Source: Candidatus Nanohaloarchaea archaeon
Lineage (GTDB): Archaea; Nanohalarchaeota; Nanosalinia; Nanosalinales; Nanosalinaceae
DNA: 64,000 nt
Direction of reading: 5' to 3'
NCBI GenBank assembly: GCA_042218075.1
Contig: JBDGRK010000003.1
Span: forward strand, 50,754 to 114,753
Shown: positions 1-11,017 of the stretch, one piece after another
How positions within the stretch are numbered: the stretch's first letter is position 1
Layout: every line of letters starts with the position of its first letter
The notes under the pieces: model-generated
Told to the model about the DNA's origin: nothing
Databases searched by the model: none
The model's input: only the letters and a program-made list of their open reading frames with translations
Position numbers and translations under genes: made by a program

Positions 1-1
1 T

Positions 2-1150
2 TATTATCGTTTAATTCCAATCTGGTTAAGATATTCAGATCAGGATTATGGTGAAAAACATCCTGGATGGGACGAACTGAAGTTCATCTGGGATACTATT
101 GTAGGAAATAATGAAGACTATGAAAGCTATTTTGAATCAAGAGAGAAGTTCAGGGAAGCCCTTTCAGAAGACAAAGATTTTAGATCCGATATTACTGCAG
201 CTGTAGGTTCTGCGTACTTGTGGGGTCATTTTACCCAGAGAGAAACGGATTTTGAATCCGACAAGCCTCGTGGTCCAGAGGAATGGGAGGGAGATGTAGA
301 TGAGTGGACTTCTTCTCATGATAAGTGGACTTGGGTGGAGTATATGAACCAGTACGGATTGACAGTTAATATAGAATCAATGTATGGAGATCCAAGCAGT
401 ATTCTTAGATTGTGGAGGCCAAAAGATATTGCTGTAGCCTGTAGAGCAGTGAATAGAACTGCACAAAAACAATTTGAGGGATGGGAGCAGGATGAATATA
501 GAGGACCATTTACCAAATTTACGATCGACCTCGAACACACAGCTTCATTCGGTGTTGATCCAGAGCGGGAAATAGAAATCTTCTTCGATCAGGAAAGGGA
601 ACTTGCAGAGTCAGGTGAGATTGATGTTGAACCTGAGAAAGCTGTTTCTGATATACTGAAAACTTACCACCTGACAAAGCCCGGATTTGAACAGACAGGA
701 GGTGTAGGTCACAGACATGGCCCTTTCAGCAGAGGTGATACAGTGCTCTATAGATATCTCTACAATCTCGTGGAGGCAGGTTTCTGCCGGAATCAGGATG
801 ATCCTGGAATAGTGATGTTTGAAATTGGAGGAGATTATCAGGAGGAGATTTACATGATAAGAATAGCCATGAACATGATAGAACTTGGGATAGAGCCTGA
901 AGAGGTGAAGGCCGAGAATGTGGATCCTTCAAAGGATCGCTACGAGGATGAAAGGGAGGCTTTACTCGCAAGATTCTTCGGGCTCGATAAGCCCAACGTT
1001 GACAGGGAGTGGGCCAAGATCGAGGAGCACGCCTTTGACCCGCTTGACGGATTGCTGGAGGCGGAAGGCTTCGACAATACCTATTCCGGCGGAGCGGCGC
1101 TGGAAAACGAGAACCGTCCCCAGGAATGGAAACAGGAAGAGTTCAAGTAA
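2..1150 (+). CDS. Hypothetical acidic protein, 5'-truncated by window edge
   Basis: Frame of ORF 218..1150 has no stop back to position 2; no recognisable motif. Confidence 0.7.
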   Translation, partial: YYRLIPIWLRYSDQDYGEKHPGWDELKFIWDTIVGNNEDYESYFESREKFREALSEDKDFRSDITAAVGSAYLWGHFTQRETDFESDKPRGPEEWEGDVDEWTSSHDKWTWVEYMNQYGLTVNIESMYGDPSSILRLWRPKDIAVACRAVNRTAQKQFEGWEQDEYRGPFTKFTIDLEHTASFGVDPEREIEIFFDQERELAESGEIDVEPEKAVSDILKTYHLTKPGFEQTGGVGHRHGPFSRGDTVLYRYLYNLVEAGFCRNQDDPGIVMFEIGGDYQEEIYMIRIAMNMIELGIEPEEVKAENVDPSKDRYEDEREALLARFFGLDKPNVDREWAKIEEHAFDPLDGLLEAEGFDNTYSGGAALENENRPQEWKQEEFK

Positions 1151-1221
1151 ATTATTTACTCAAGAGTAACAATAATTCAGTAAAGTTTTTAAGGGTGAGG
1201 GTTCAACCTTTAGACGTGACC

Positions 1222-2478
1222 ATGAGTTCTAAAGAAAAAATGAAGGAGATGCGCGAAAAGTCCAAGGAGAGAAGAATGGAGGCTGCTGAAGAATTTTCAG
1301 ATAAACTGGAGGAAAAACTGGGCGATAAACTGAAGGTAGTAGCTGTCTGGGGCAGTGTTCCTCAGGGTGAGCACGGATACGACTCTGATATTGATACACT
1401 TGTAATTCTGGACGATACCAAGCTGAAGAAAGATGTTCCGAAAGATGCACGGAAGAAGATAAGAAAGAAGGTAAACGACGCGGCCAAAGAGACTGATGAA
1501 CGGATCACACTCCAGTACTTCCCATTTCTTACAGAGTTCTGGGACTCTCTCAGGAAGGGAGAACCGCTAGCGATTGAGGCGGTCAGGAACGGTGAACCCG
1601 TGTACGATACAGGTATATTCATGCCCGCGAAGCGTCTCCTGGAGAGGGGAAAGATCAAGGCCACTCGAGAGACTGTAAAGAAGAGGTTGAAGATGGCCGC
1701 GGCGGGATACAAGAAAGCGGAGAAAGACTTCAAGCAGTCGATCCCCCACAAGCTGGAGCAGGTTATGGCTAACGCCGGACAGGCACCCATAATGCTAGTT
1801 GGCAAAAATCCGCCAGCAAAGGAGAAAGTTCCGGATACCCTTGAAGAGATGTTTGTGGAGAAGGATATGCTTGAGCCTGAATACGTGGACATGGCCCAGG
1901 ACCTGTACGACTTCGGCAACAAGGGAGAGAAGGAATCCGATAAAGTCAAGGGAGAAGAAGTGGAGGAGCACCTTGAGAAAGCTGACGACTTCGTTAGGAG
2001 GATGCACAAGCTTGTATCCCAGCTTGGAGCCAAGAAGAAGGTCAAGAATATAGTGGACGATTACAAGAGGTTCCTGAAGGCTAACGTTGCGATGCTGAAA
2101 TCCCAGGGGATTGAACCTCCCGAAGACAGAGATGATCTGCCTGAGGTTGTCAGGGAAGAACTTGAAGTCGATGAAGACCACATGGAGATGTTCGAGAAGT
2201 GGGAGCAGATCATCGAGAAGGTCAAAGACAAGGATATGGAGGAAGTCAACGACAAGGAGCTCTACGAGCTGAAGCAGGATACAAAGGAGTTCGTCTCGAA
2301 GGTCGGAAAGGACCTCAAGGAAGCCAAGGAGGAAGAGAAGGAGGCCGAACAGATGACTCCGGAGATGGATACTTCTTCAATCGCCCAGGCAGCAGATACT
2401 GAGGATATGGTGCCCAACCTGGAGGAGAAGGCGGAGCAGGAAGTAGAGTCAGATGAAGAAGAGGAGAAAGAGGAATAG
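1222..2478 (+). CDS. Minimal nucleotidyltransferase (Pol-beta fold) fused to HEPN-like helical domains
   Basis: WGSVPQG...SDIDTLV NTase motif, then helical HEPN-like region and acidic tail; ATG at 1222 follows a TTTTTAAG TATA-like box. Confidence 0.75.
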   Translation: MSSKEKMKEMREKSKERRMEAAEEFSDKLEEKLGDKLKVVAVWGSVPQGEHGYDSDIDTLVILDDTKLKKDVPKDARKKIRKKVNDAAKETDERITLQYFPFLTEFWDSLRKGEPLAIEAVRNGEPVYDTGIFMPAKRLLERGKIKATRETVKKRLKMAAAGYKKAEKDFKQSIPHKLEQVMANAGQAPIMLVGKNPPAKEKVPDTLEEMFVEKDMLEPEYVDMAQDLYDFGNKGEKESDKVKGEEVEEHLEKADDFVRRMHKLVSQLGAKKKVKNIVDDYKRFLKANVAMLKSQGIEPPEDRDDLPEVVREELEVDEDHMEMFEKWEQIIEKVKDKDMEEVNDKELYELKQDTKEFVSKVGKDLKEAKEEEKEAEQMTPEMDTSSIAQAADTEDMVPNLEEKAEQEVESDEEEEKEE

Positions 2479-2544
2479 AATTCTTCCGGGTTCTTTTCTT
2501 CTATTTCAGTTGTCAAAGATTATATCTTCTCCGGTCGAGCCTTT

Positions 2545-2758
2545 GTTCAGGTAGTGGACTTTTGGACGGTATATGATATCGATACAACTAAAGTTTCTTC
2601 ACCAGTTATCCTTTCGTATTCCTCCAGAACTCTTACCAGGTCTTCATATACTTCAAGGGATCCTAGGGCAACTAGCGCGTCAAAGCTGCTTTTTCATTGA
2701 AGGAACGTACCTGTCGTTTGCTGTATTTCTGGCTCTCCAGCATCCTCGATAGAGACAT
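2545..2758 (-). pseudogene. Degraded class I SAM-methyltransferase fragment
   Basis: Frames read MSLSRMLES... then, after a shift or stop, SFDALVALGSLEVYEDLVRVLEEYERI, resembling methyltransferase post-motif II/III. Confidence 0.4.
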
Positions 2759-2827
2759 GTTCTCACTTCAATATAACAACTTTAAATAATCGCCTAGCTC
2801 GATATTCATAGACTACAGCTAAAGTTA

Positions 2828-2950
2828 TCAATCAGTTGAAACTGTTTCACCGCATTTGATGCATTCCTTTAATCCGGTTTCATCTTCCACGAACTCGTGG
2901 CCTCTTGCCCTGTAACATTTTCCGACTTCACGTGCAAATCCTCCGCTCAT
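2828..2950 (-). CDS. 40-aa zinc-finger microprotein (C-x5-H-x11-C-x2-C), copy 1
   Basis: MSGGFAREVGKCYRARGHEFVEDETGLKECIKCGETVSTD; paralog at 34140..34253. Confidence 0.75.
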   Translation of the reverse strand: MSGGFAREVGKCYRARGHEFVEDETGLKECIKCGETVSTD

Positions 2951-3092
2951 TAGATTATCAAATTTGGATGAATTCAGTTTATAATGAAGCGGGAAAGATG
3001 CCGGAAGTTCCGCCAAACCTGAAGGTTTTTGAAGATGGAAGTTTTCTGTCTTCCCACAATCAATTATACGTCCGAAAGGCATGTATTTAGTG

Positions 3093-3488
3093 ATGGCTAT
3101 TGAAAGAGTACTCTACATCTGTACCGGGAACAGTTTCAGGAGTCCTGCGGCCGAAGCCCTGACAAGGAAGTATTATCCTGATCTGGAGCTTGAATCGGCT
3201 GGTACTGAAGCTACCGATCACATCGCCAAGAACATGAAGAGACTGCTGACTGAAGAAGGTGCGATTCAGTACGTTAAACCTCAACCGGACCAGGTTTCTG
3301 AAAGAGCAGTTAATCAGGCGGACAGGATCGTCTGCATGATGCCTGAGCACAGGGAATTTCTAATGGAAAACTTCGATGTAGAGGAAGAGAAGATCCAAGT
3401 CTGGAACATAGAAGATCCGATCAGGCCGCATGTGAGTGTTAGTGAAGCTTTTGAACAGATTGAAAATGAGGTAAAGAATTTATTTTGA
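3093..3488 (+). CDS. Low-molecular-weight phosphatase / ArsC family protein
   Basis: CTGNSFRS P-loop, SAGT, W-x-I-x-DP motifs. Confidence 0.9.
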   Translation: MAIERVLYICTGNSFRSPAAEALTRKYYPDLELESAGTEATDHIAKNMKRLLTEEGAIQYVKPQPDQVSERAVNQADRIVCMMPEHREFLMENFDVEEEKIQVWNIEDPIRPHVSVSEAFEQIENEVKNLF

Positions 3489-3510
3489 AACTATCAACTA
3501 TTAAACGAAT

Positions 3511-4215
3511 TCACTGTCTTATGTCACCCGCCCATTTTTCTATAAGTTCTTCGTGCTCATTTTCATCGTCAATATTTTCCCTTATTTCTTCTGCTGTGAC
3601 TTCAGGTTCTCTCGTCTCTATTTTATCTTCTCCACGTATGATATCATCAAAATTGTAGACTATCCTATCTGCGTAAATCATTATTTCTCTCAACGACTGC
3701 ATTTTTGAAAAATCATCCTTGAAGCGGGAATTCACGAGTCTCAGGTCATCGTATATAGTATCGGTTCCCATCCTATATTCCCTATTTCTTACAGTTCCTC
3801 TATTATTGTTTTCTGCTATTTTCCTTAACCTTGTCTTTCTGGATTCTATTTCCGTTACCATTTCCTCTATCGTTCTCTCCTCCCAAAAATTCTCCTCTAC
3901 TTTTTCTACTTCAAAAGTTAGGGTTTCTTCAATCTCGTGTCTCAACTTATTCATTTTTGGCACATATTTCCTAATTACTTGAGATATTTCCCTACCTTCT
4001 TCATATTCTCGACCTGCATCTACCATCAAGTGGTCTATAGCTTTGGTATAATTGTTTAAATCCTCGAAAATTTCCGGGCTCGCATCAGCCACAATTTCAG
4101 TATAGGATTGCACCAATCCCTTGAAGTCTCTCAGATACCTTATCATTTCATCCCTGCTTCTTCTATCCGCATTCCTTTCATTCGGTCTTCTTCTGTCATC
4201 CCGGTCATCGAGCAT
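3511..4215 (-). CDS. Hypothetical helical orphan protein
   Basis: 234-aa acidic ORF, AT-richer than core genes. Confidence 0.65.
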   Translation of the reverse strand: MLDDRDDRRRPNERNADRRSRDEMIRYLRDFKGLVQSYTEIVADASPEIFEDLNNYTKAIDHLMVDAGREYEEGREISQVIRKYVPKMNKLRHEIEETLTFEVEKVEENFWEERTIEEMVTEIESRKTRLRKIAENNNRGTVRNREYRMGTDTIYDDLRLVNSRFKDDFSKMQSLREIMIYADRIVYNFDDIIRGEDKIETREPEVTAEEIRENIDDENEHEELIEKWAGDIRQ

Positions 4216-4309
4216 GAGCCTGGTTTAGTTATTAAGGTATAATAACTTGACTGAATAAGTCTTGAGAAATTATTTTCAAGATTTCTAAACCTCTCCTACA
4301 ATTAGTAAA

Positions 4310-4939
4310 TTACTCCTCTTCCTGCATCTCCTTGATCTTTTTCATCCGGAAAGTTTCCTCTCTCGCGGATTCTTCGAGTGACTGGGAGACCATGTCCAGT
4401 GCATCCTTGAACTCCGGTATGACCTTGTGCTCCAGCGCGTTGACTCTCCTCTTGGTCTTCTCTATCTCTTCCAGCAGCTTCAGTATCTTTGTCTGGGTTT
4501 CCGCCGCTTCTACAACCTTCTCCAGCAGTTCTTCATACTTCTCAGCGACTGAATCCACTCTTGAAGTCGCGGAAGTCATACCATACTCTCTCTCCATGAT
4601 GGTCCTAGAGATTCCCTCCGACTCAATCTCCGGTACGACAACTCCCATGATATTCCTTGTATCTGAATTAATCGTGGGTTCAGAATTTACTGGGAAGGCG
4701 TTTGACTTGACGATGTCCTCACCGTCGTAAACTTTCGCCAGAAGCATTTTCAGCCTGGCTTCGGAGTAGAGGCTGGCTAGCTCTTCGTTCACCTCCCTCG
4801 CCTCCCCGGCGATTTCCATGAATTCGTGGATCAAGCCATCACGCTTCTTCTCCAGTATCTCGTGGCCGTTCTCCGCGAGTTCAATCCTCTCCTTCAGCCG
4901 TAATTCTTCCGAACGCGTTGGTTTAACATCCTGGCTCAT
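4310..4939 (-). CDS. atpD: A-type ATP synthase subunit D
   Basis: KPTRSE, LEKKRDGL, KTKRRVNALEH motifs. Confidence 0.97.
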   Translation of the reverse strand: MSQDVKPTRSEELRLKERIELAENGHEILEKKRDGLIHEFMEIAGEAREVNEELASLYSEARLKMLLAKVYDGEDIVKSNAFPVNSEPTINSDTRNIMGVVVPEIESEGISRTIMEREYGMTSATSRVDSVAEKYEELLEKVVEAAETQTKILKLLEEIEKTKRRVNALEHKVIPEFKDALDMVSQSLEESAREETFRMKKIKEMQEEE

Positions 4940-5211
4940 ATAGTTTCACCTATTTCCGAAATTCTATCCAGGGTATATCCTTCAGGTAACTGGATATTTT
5001 CTACCACTGTTGTTTTTTCCTTTTTCCTGAACACACCATGCATCTCTTCTGTCATTTTCATTCTATAGGCTCCGTTTTTTCCTACTCTGAGCTCTATTTC
5101 ATCGGCTGATTTTACTTCACTTACATCCTCTCCGTCTTCTGAAGCCCTGTAAAAATCTTGGGCGTAGCGAACCGGAATTTCATACCTTGATGTATCCGAG
5201 AGCTTGATCAT
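4936..5211 (-). CDS. Orphan protein inserted between atpB and atpD
   Basis: Probable ATG at 5211 just after atpB stop; its stop overlaps the atpD ATG (ATGA); AT-richer. Confidence 0.65.
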   Translation of the reverse strand: MIKLSDTSRYEIPVRYAQDFYRASEDGEDVSEVKSADEIELRVGKNGAYRMKMTEEMHGVFRKKEKTTVVENIQLPEGYTLDRISEIGETI

Positions 5212-5215
5212 CTTC

Positions 5216-6604
5216 CTATTCGAAGCTAGGACCCCGGTTTTCAAGGTATTTTTCCCTGGTTTCAGGATCGATTCTCGTCAGCTCTGATTCCGGTAGTAGT
5301 GAAAGCAGGTCCCAGGAAAGCGATAGCGAATCGTTGATGTCGCGGTTCTCCCTGTATCCTTGCCCGACAAAGTGCTCCTCGAACTTTTCCGCGAAGTTCA
5401 GGATTTTCTCGTCTTTCTCCGATAGAGCGTCCTCCCCGACGATCGCCACTAGATCTCTGAGTGATTCTCCCTCGGCGTACATCGCGTAGAGCTGGTCGGA
5501 GACATCCGGATGGTCCGCTCTCGTGTAGCCCTTTCCGACTCCGTTGTCCATCAACCTTGATAGCGAAGGTAAGACGTTGATCGGTGGCTGATGTCCCTTG
5601 TTCTGCAGGTCACGATCCACGACAATCTGTCCCTCCGTAATGTAACCTGTGAGGTCAGGGATGGGATGCGTTATATCGTCGTTGGGCATTGTCAGTATCG
5701 GGATCTGGGTAACTGATCCCTCCTCGCCCTTGATCAAACCCGCTCTCTCGTAGAGCTGCGCGAGATTGGTATACATGTATCCCGGGTATCCTCTCCTTCC
5801 CGGAACTTCCTCTCTCGCAGCTGAAACTTCTCTGAGGGCGTTGCAGTAGTTGGTCATGTCGGTAAGGATTACCAGCACCTCGTATCCCTTCTCGAATGCA
5901 AGGTACTCTGCGGTCGTGAGTGCCATCCTTGGCGTGATGATCCTCTCCGGAGCGGGATCCGAGGCCTTGTTCAGGAACACCACGGATCTCTCTAGGGCTC
6001 CTGTCTCCCGGAACTCCTCGATGAAGTCTTGGGATTCTTCCTCGGTGATTCCCATGCCCGCGAATACTACAGCAAACTCCTCATCCTCTCCCTGAACATC
6101 CGCCTGTCTCGCAATCTGCATCGCAAGTTCGTTGTGCGGTAATCCGGAACCCGAGAATATAGGCAGTTTCTGGCCCCTGACCAGAGTGTTCATGACGTCG
6201 ATACTTGAAATTCCCGTCTGGATGAAGTCCTCAGGGAGTTCTCTGGAGTAGGGATTGATCGCCTCTCCGATAATGTCTCTTTCCTCATCCGGGATCACTT
6301 CCGGACCGTCATCAATCGGGTTGCCTGTACCGTCTAGGATCCTTCCCAGGAGATCTTCAGTTACCGGCATCTTCACGTTCTCGTTAAGGAATCGGACTGA
6401 TGCGTCCCGTCCGATTCCCCTTGTCTCCTCGTAGACCTGTACGACTACTACATCCTTCGAGGTCTCAAGGACTTCTCCCTTCTTGACCTGCCCATCAGGG
6501 GTCTCAACTTCCACAATATCTCCATATGCTATATCGTCGGTTTTCTCGACATATACCAGAGGTCCTTTGACCTCGTTGATCGTCTTGTACTCTTGTTGTG
6601 TCAT
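5216..6604 (-). CDS. atpB: A-type ATP synthase subunit B
   Basis: [39 protein letters not shown]. Confidence 0.98.
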   Translation of the reverse strand: MTQQEYKTINEVKGPLVYVEKTDDIAYGDIVEVETPDGQVKKGEVLETSKDVVVVQVYEETRGIGRDASVRFLNENVKMPVTEDLLGRILDGTGNPIDDGPEVIPDEERDIIGEAINPYSRELPEDFIQTGISSIDVMNTLVRGQKLPIFSGSGLPHNELAMQIARQADVQGEDEEFAVVFAGMGITEEESQDFIEEFRETGALERSVVFLNKASDPAPERIITPRMALTTAEYLAFEKGYEVLVILTDMTNYCNALREVSAAREEVPGRRGYPGYMYTNLAQLYERAGLIKGEEGSVTQIPILTMPNDDITHPIPDLTGYITEGQIVVDRDLQNKGHQPPINVLPSLSRLMDNGVGKGYTRADHPDVSDQLYAMYAEGESLRDLVAIVGEDALSEKDEKILNFAEKFEEHFVGQGYRENRDINDSLSLSWDLLSLLPESELTRIDPETREKYLENRGPSFE

Positions 6605-6620
6605 AGTATCTGTTTCACCC

Positions 6621-7034
6621 TCAGTTTTCAGTAAAATCTCCTATTATTTCTGCAGAAATTTCTAATTTGGTTTCGACTTGATCGTATTTATCTTCCAATT
6701 TCTTATCCAATTTTCTGGCCAATTCTTTTGCTTCCATGTAATTACCTTCCCTTAGATATCTTTTGAGATTTCCCGCTTCTTCAACATCTGTACGCTCAAC
6801 AAGATCCTCGAGAGGCGACTCTAATAGTTGTTCAGCTACTTTGCTTGATACTTCTTCAGAACTTAATATTCTTGCTATCTGGCCGTCTGCATAGGTGGCT
6901 GGATATTCAGGATCAAAACCCGCATATAGTTCCACTATTTCTTCATGCGGGCCTATAAGTTCTTTGGAAGGTGTCCTCAACTTTCCATCACCCTTGAACT
7001 CCTTCTTGAATGTCATATTCGTTTTCATCATCAA
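6621..7034 (-). CDS. Orphan protein between atpA and atpB (real start possibly TTG at 6980)
   Basis: Acidic helical ORF, AT-richer; GGGTGATGG SD-like sequence precedes TTG. Confidence 0.6.
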   Translation of the reverse strand: MMMKTNMTFKKEFKGDGKLRTPSKELIGPHEEIVELYAGFDPEYPATYADGQIARILSSEEVSSKVAEQLLESPLEDLVERTDVEEAGNLKRYLREGNYMEAKELARKLDKKLEDKYDQVETKLEISAEIIGDFTEN

Positions 7035-7305
7035 GCTTTTCTTCTCTCACTGAATCCATATCTCCCTGGCTTGTGGAAGTAGTTGACCTGTCCAGAGGAA
7101 GTAGGTCTATATGGTATTGATCTTCTAGAGTTTCTACAACCGCAGCTACAGACTCCCAGTCCCGGTCATCAATCTGTCTTTCAAGTGTTTCCACCATCCC
7201 AAGACATAGATCTTCTACTTGACTCACTAACTCATCTGTATAAGTTTCATCCCTGCTGTATCTCTCCGAAAGATGTCTGGCATAGGGTACAGTTTCCACG
7301 CTCAT
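6988..7305 (-). CDS. Orphan protein directly downstream of atpA
   Basis: ATG overlaps atpA TGA, preceded by GAGGTGG SD. Confidence 0.65.
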   Translation of the reverse strand: MSVETVPYARHLSERYSRDETYTDELVSQVEDLCLGMVETLERQIDDRDWESVAAVVETLEDQYHIDLLPLDRSTTSTSQGDMDSVREEKLDDENEYDIQEGVQG

Positions 7306-9065
7306 TCCTCAACCACCTCTCTGAATTCTTTCTCCATCTCTTCTCTAATCTCGTCCCTTAATTCCTGGTAGTTTTCCTCGAACTTGAGCTCGGAAATCCT
7401 GTTGGAGGCATCCAGGGAGATTATATCCTCTACAAGAGCACCCTGTTCAAGTGCTTCATAGGCCTGGTCCGCCCACTCTAAAATCAGCTCCAGTATCTCG
7501 AAGGTTTTCTCCGGGTCCGAGTACTGGTCTACTTCGTGGAACGCATTCTGCTGCAGGTAGAACTGCTTTATCATGGTTCCTATCTCAAGAGTCAGTCTCT
7601 CCCTGTCCGGAAGCGCGTCTTTACCCACTAGCTGGACAGTCTCCTGCAGCTCTCCATCCTTCTGGAGGATATCTTTCATCCTCTGGATATTGTCCGACCA
7701 TTCAGAGTTAACTTCTCTCTCAAAGTAATTGGATAGCATCTCCGAGTAACCCGAGTATGAGTCATCCCAGTTGATCGCGGGGAAGTGCCTCTTCTCTGCA
7801 AGATCTGAATCAAGAGCCCAGAAGTTTTTAACCACTCTCAAAGTGTTCTGGGTTACCGGTTCTGAAAAGTCTCCGCCCGGCGGTGAAACAGCGCCGATAA
7901 TCGACACCGATCCGGGTTCCTCAGGTCCCAGCGGTTCAACCCTTCCAGCCCTCTCGTAGAACTCCGCGAGCTTTGAAGCCAGGTAGGCGGGAAAACCTCT
8001 CTCGCCGGGCATCTCTTCAAGCCTGGATGAGATTTCTCGCATCGCCTCCGCCCACCTTGAAGTGGAGTCCGCCATCAGCGCAACATCGAGACCCTGGTCG
8101 CGGAAGTACTCGGCGATAGTTATCCCGGTATAAATCGAGGCCTCTCTCGCCGCAACAGGCATGTTGGAAGTGTTCGCAATCAGTACCGTACGGTTGATTA
8201 TCTTGTCGCCGGTCTGCGGATCTTCCAGCTCCGGGAACTCTTCCAGCACTTCTGTCATCTCGTTTCCTCTCTCCCCGCATCCGATGTAGACGATTATATC
8301 GGCGTCCGCAAACTTCGCGAGCGACTGCTGTGTCACCGTCTTGCCTGATCCGAAAGGTCCCGGGATTGCTGCTGTACCTCCCTTCGCAAGAGGGAAAAGT
8401 CCGTCCAGAACTCTCTGTCCGGTTATCAGCGGAATTTCAGGTTTCAGGTCGTCTTTAACCTCTCTTGACTCCCTGATCGGCCATTCCTGCCTCATCGAGA
8501 CTTCCTCGCCATCAACGACAGCAACTGTATCTTCAACAGTAAATTCTCCCTGCTTTATCTCTTCAACTTCTCCCTCAATACCGGGAGGAAGCATTACCTT
8601 GTGTTCGCCGTACTCCACCTCGGTCAAGCCGAGAACATCTCCGCCTTTCACGTACTTGCCTTCCTCCGTCTCTGGCTCGAACTCGTATTTTTTTTCCGGG
8701 TCGATTCCCGGTGCGTCTTCTCCCCTTGAGATGAATGCTCCGGTCTTCTCCTCCAGATCCGGTAGAGGTCTCTGTAGTCCATCGTAGATCGATCCAAGCA
8801 GTCCGGGTCCTAGCTCAACTGAAAGAGGTTGCCCGGTGTTTTTAACCGGTTCTCCCGGCCTTATGCCCGTAGTTTCCTCGTATACCTGTATGTACGTTTT
8901 ATCTCCCTCTATCTGGATGACCTCGCCCATCAGTCCTTCCTCTCCTACCTGGACGACGTCGTTCATCTGCGGGTTCATATCTTTTGCTATAACCACCGGT
9001 CCCGCCACCTTGTAGATTTCGCCTTCAGATTCTGATTGTTCGATCTGCTTCTGAGATTGTGCCAT
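7302..9065 (-). CDS. atpA: A-type ATP synthase catalytic subunit A
   Basis: GPFGSGKTV Walker [18 protein letters not shown]; no intein. Confidence 0.98.
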   Translation of the reverse strand: MAQSQKQIEQSESEGEIYKVAGPVVIAKDMNPQMNDVVQVGEEGLMGEVIQIEGDKTYIQVYEETTGIRPGEPVKNTGQPLSVELGPGLLGSIYDGLQRPLPDLEEKTGAFISRGEDAPGIDPEKKYEFEPETEEGKYVKGGDVLGLTEVEYGEHKVMLPPGIEGEVEEIKQGEFTVEDTVAVVDGEEVSMRQEWPIRESREVKDDLKPEIPLITGQRVLDGLFPLAKGGTAAIPGPFGSGKTVTQQSLAKFADADIIVYIGCGERGNEMTEVLEEFPELEDPQTGDKIINRTVLIANTSNMPVAAREASIYTGITIAEYFRDQGLDVALMADSTSRWAEAMREISSRLEEMPGERGFPAYLASKLAEFYERAGRVEPLGPEEPGSVSIIGAVSPPGGDFSEPVTQNTLRVVKNFWALDSDLAEKRHFPAINWDDSYSGYSEMLSNYFEREVNSEWSDNIQRMKDILQKDGELQETVQLVGKDALPDRERLTLEIGTMIKQFYLQQNAFHEVDQYSDPEKTFEILELILEWADQAYEALEQGALVEDIISLDASNRISELKFEENYQELRDEIREEMEKEFREVVEE

Positions 9066-9115
9066 TTTAACTTACACCCTAGTATTCTTTACGAAAACAC
9101 TTTCCATGCATTTTT

Positions 9116-9424
9116 TCATGAAATATCTACCCCGATTACTTTCTGGATTTTGTGCTGTAGCTGTGCATCCTCCGCAGTCTCTGAGAGCGTGACAACGACC
9201 GGATCCACCGATTCGTTAACCCTTCTTCTCAACCTGTCTGGAAGCTTTTTCACATCCGATTCCTCCGCCACCAGGATTCCCACATCATCTCTTTCTATAA
9301 GCTCTTCAATTTTCTGTTCATAGTTTTCAGTTCCGAAGACTTTCTGGATTCCCGCCAGCTGGAAGCCCAGAGTGAACTCCTCTTCGCCTATAACTGCTAT
9401 AGATTTCCTGTCATCCTTATCCAT
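9116..9424 (-). CDS. atpF: A-type ATP synthase subunit F
   Basis: IAVIGEEEFTLGFQLAGI, KVIGVDI. Confidence 0.93.
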   Translation of the reverse strand: MDKDDRKSIAVIGEEEFTLGFQLAGIQKVFGTENYEQKIEELIERDDVGILVAEESDVKKLPDRLRRRVNESVDPVVVTLSETAEDAQLQHKIQKVIGVDIS

Positions 9425-9436
9425 CTATGATCAACC

Positions 9437-10432
9437 TCAAGCTGTCACCAGGTTAGATCTTATCGTATCAAGGTTTTGGATTTCAGTTTCCTTTGCACGG
9501 ATCAACATCCTCAGGTTTTTCACTTCGATCATCTTCGCAACTATAAATCCGAAAATCGAGGTTACTCCGAGAGGTTCCGTGTGAAGTGATCTCAGGGCTG
9601 TCCTCAACCTCTCTACCTCCAGTCTGTGCTCCACTTCTTCCAGGTTACCTGGCTTTTCAAAGCTTATATCCTCGCATTCTTCCACCGCCTCTACAGCAGC
9701 TTCAAGACTCTCTGATTCTATAACTTTTTCAACACACGTCGATACCTCAGGAGATACAAGCCACTCCCTGATCTCTTGCTTCATTCCATCCTTCTTCAGC
9801 CTGAGTGCTATCTTCAGGTTCTCGTACTCCATTTCCTTTCTCACGAACCGGCTGAACCAGATGCTTTCTGTTCCCTCCGCCATCATCGACATCTCCTTGA
9901 AGTATGCCCTGTCAAGGTCTCTTTCCACTTTCTTGACTTCCGAATAATCCTCTATTTCTTTCTGGTAGTCAACTTCCGATCCTGGAAACTCTATTGAAGA
10001 ACATATTTCCTCTACAGACTTCTCCGAGAGGTCCATCAATCCCTCCACCGAATAGTAACCGACCGGAACAAGAAGATCCTCGATGTTTCCCCTCTCACCT
10101 CCCTTTTTCCATCTCAACAACCTCTTTATACTGAGTATATCGTACCTTCTCAGGAAGGAGTTGATCAGAGGTTCCAGGGAGTCAGGTGATATTTCTATAA
10201 GCTCGCCCATCATCCTCGAAATATTCCTCATCAGCGCCAATTCCACCAGTTCCATTCCATCATGGTCCGACCCAAGTTCATCAATATCTTCCTTGTACTC
10301 TCCCTCTTCGAGATTCCTTGCTATCTCGCTAGGACCCATCTTTACCAGTCTATCGTAATCCTCCTTCTCCAGGAGTTTGGCTCTCTTCGCGCTAATTCTG
10401 GCATACATGTAGGGATAATCAGTCTTCAGCAT
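9437..10432 (-). CDS. atpC: A-type ATP synthase subunit C
   Basis: DYPYMYARISA N-terminus, EVKNLRMLIRAKE C-terminus; ATG at 10432. Confidence 0.92.
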   Translation of the reverse strand: MLKTDYPYMYARISAKRAKLLEKEDYDRLVKMGPSEIARNLEEGEYKEDIDELGSDHDGMELVELALMRNISRMMGELIEISPDSLEPLINSFLRRYDILSIKRLLRWKKGGERGNIEDLLVPVGYYSVEGLMDLSEKSVEEICSSIEFPGSEVDYQKEIEDYSEVKKVERDLDRAYFKEMSMMAEGTESIWFSRFVRKEMEYENLKIALRLKKDGMKQEIREWLVSPEVSTCVEKVIESESLEAAVEAVEECEDISFEKPGNLEEVEHRLEVERLRTALRSLHTEPLGVTSIFGFIVAKMIEVKNLRMLIRAKETEIQNLDTIRSNLVTA

Positions 10433-10433
10433 T

Positions 10434-10970
10434 TCACTCACCAAAAAGCGTTTCAGCCACCTCTCTGCGGTATTTCTGCCTGAATTCTTCCAGTATTTTG
10501 TCGAAAGTGAAGCTCTGTCGTCTCTCTCCGTCTTCCGAGACAACTACTATTCCTTCAACATCTGTTTCTCTGAATTCTTCATCCACAGCTTCCTCGAAAC
10601 CCGGAGATCCTTCAATTCTTCCCACTTCGAACTCGACCTTCTCCATGCATCTCTCTACAAATTTCTGCCTGTCGCCTCTTGAAAGGTTTTCCAGGTATTC
10701 CCTGAAGTTTTCGAACACTTCGTCAATCTTCTGCTGTTTTGCCTCCATTTTTGCCTCTTTTGCCTTCATCCTGGCACTTGAAAGGGTCTTCTTCCTCATC
10801 GATTCCTTTTCCTGCTCCAGTTTCTCTTCCTCATGCTCTCTTATCTCCTGGGCTTCTTCCTCTGCTTTTTCGATAATTTCGTCTCTCTCGTTTTCTGCTT
10901 CCTTTCTGATTTTTTCGGCCTTCTTCTCGGCTTCTTCCAAGATTTCCGATTTGATCTCCTGTAGTCCCAT
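10434..10970 (-). CDS. atpE: A-type ATP synthase subunit E
   Basis: MGLQEIKSEILEEAE coiled coil; operon position. Confidence 0.9.
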   Translation of the reverse strand: MGLQEIKSEILEEAEKKAEKIRKEAENERDEIIEKAEEEAQEIREHEEEKLEQEKESMRKKTLSSARMKAKEAKMEAKQQKIDEVFENFREYLENLSRGDRQKFVERCMEKVEFEVGRIEGSPGFEEAVDEEFRETDVEGIVVVSEDGERRQSFTFDKILEEFRQKYRREVAETLFGE

Positions 10971-11017
10971 AGTATCACGTTAAATAAAGTGGTTGAAGGG
11001 GCGTTTGCCCCCTTGAT

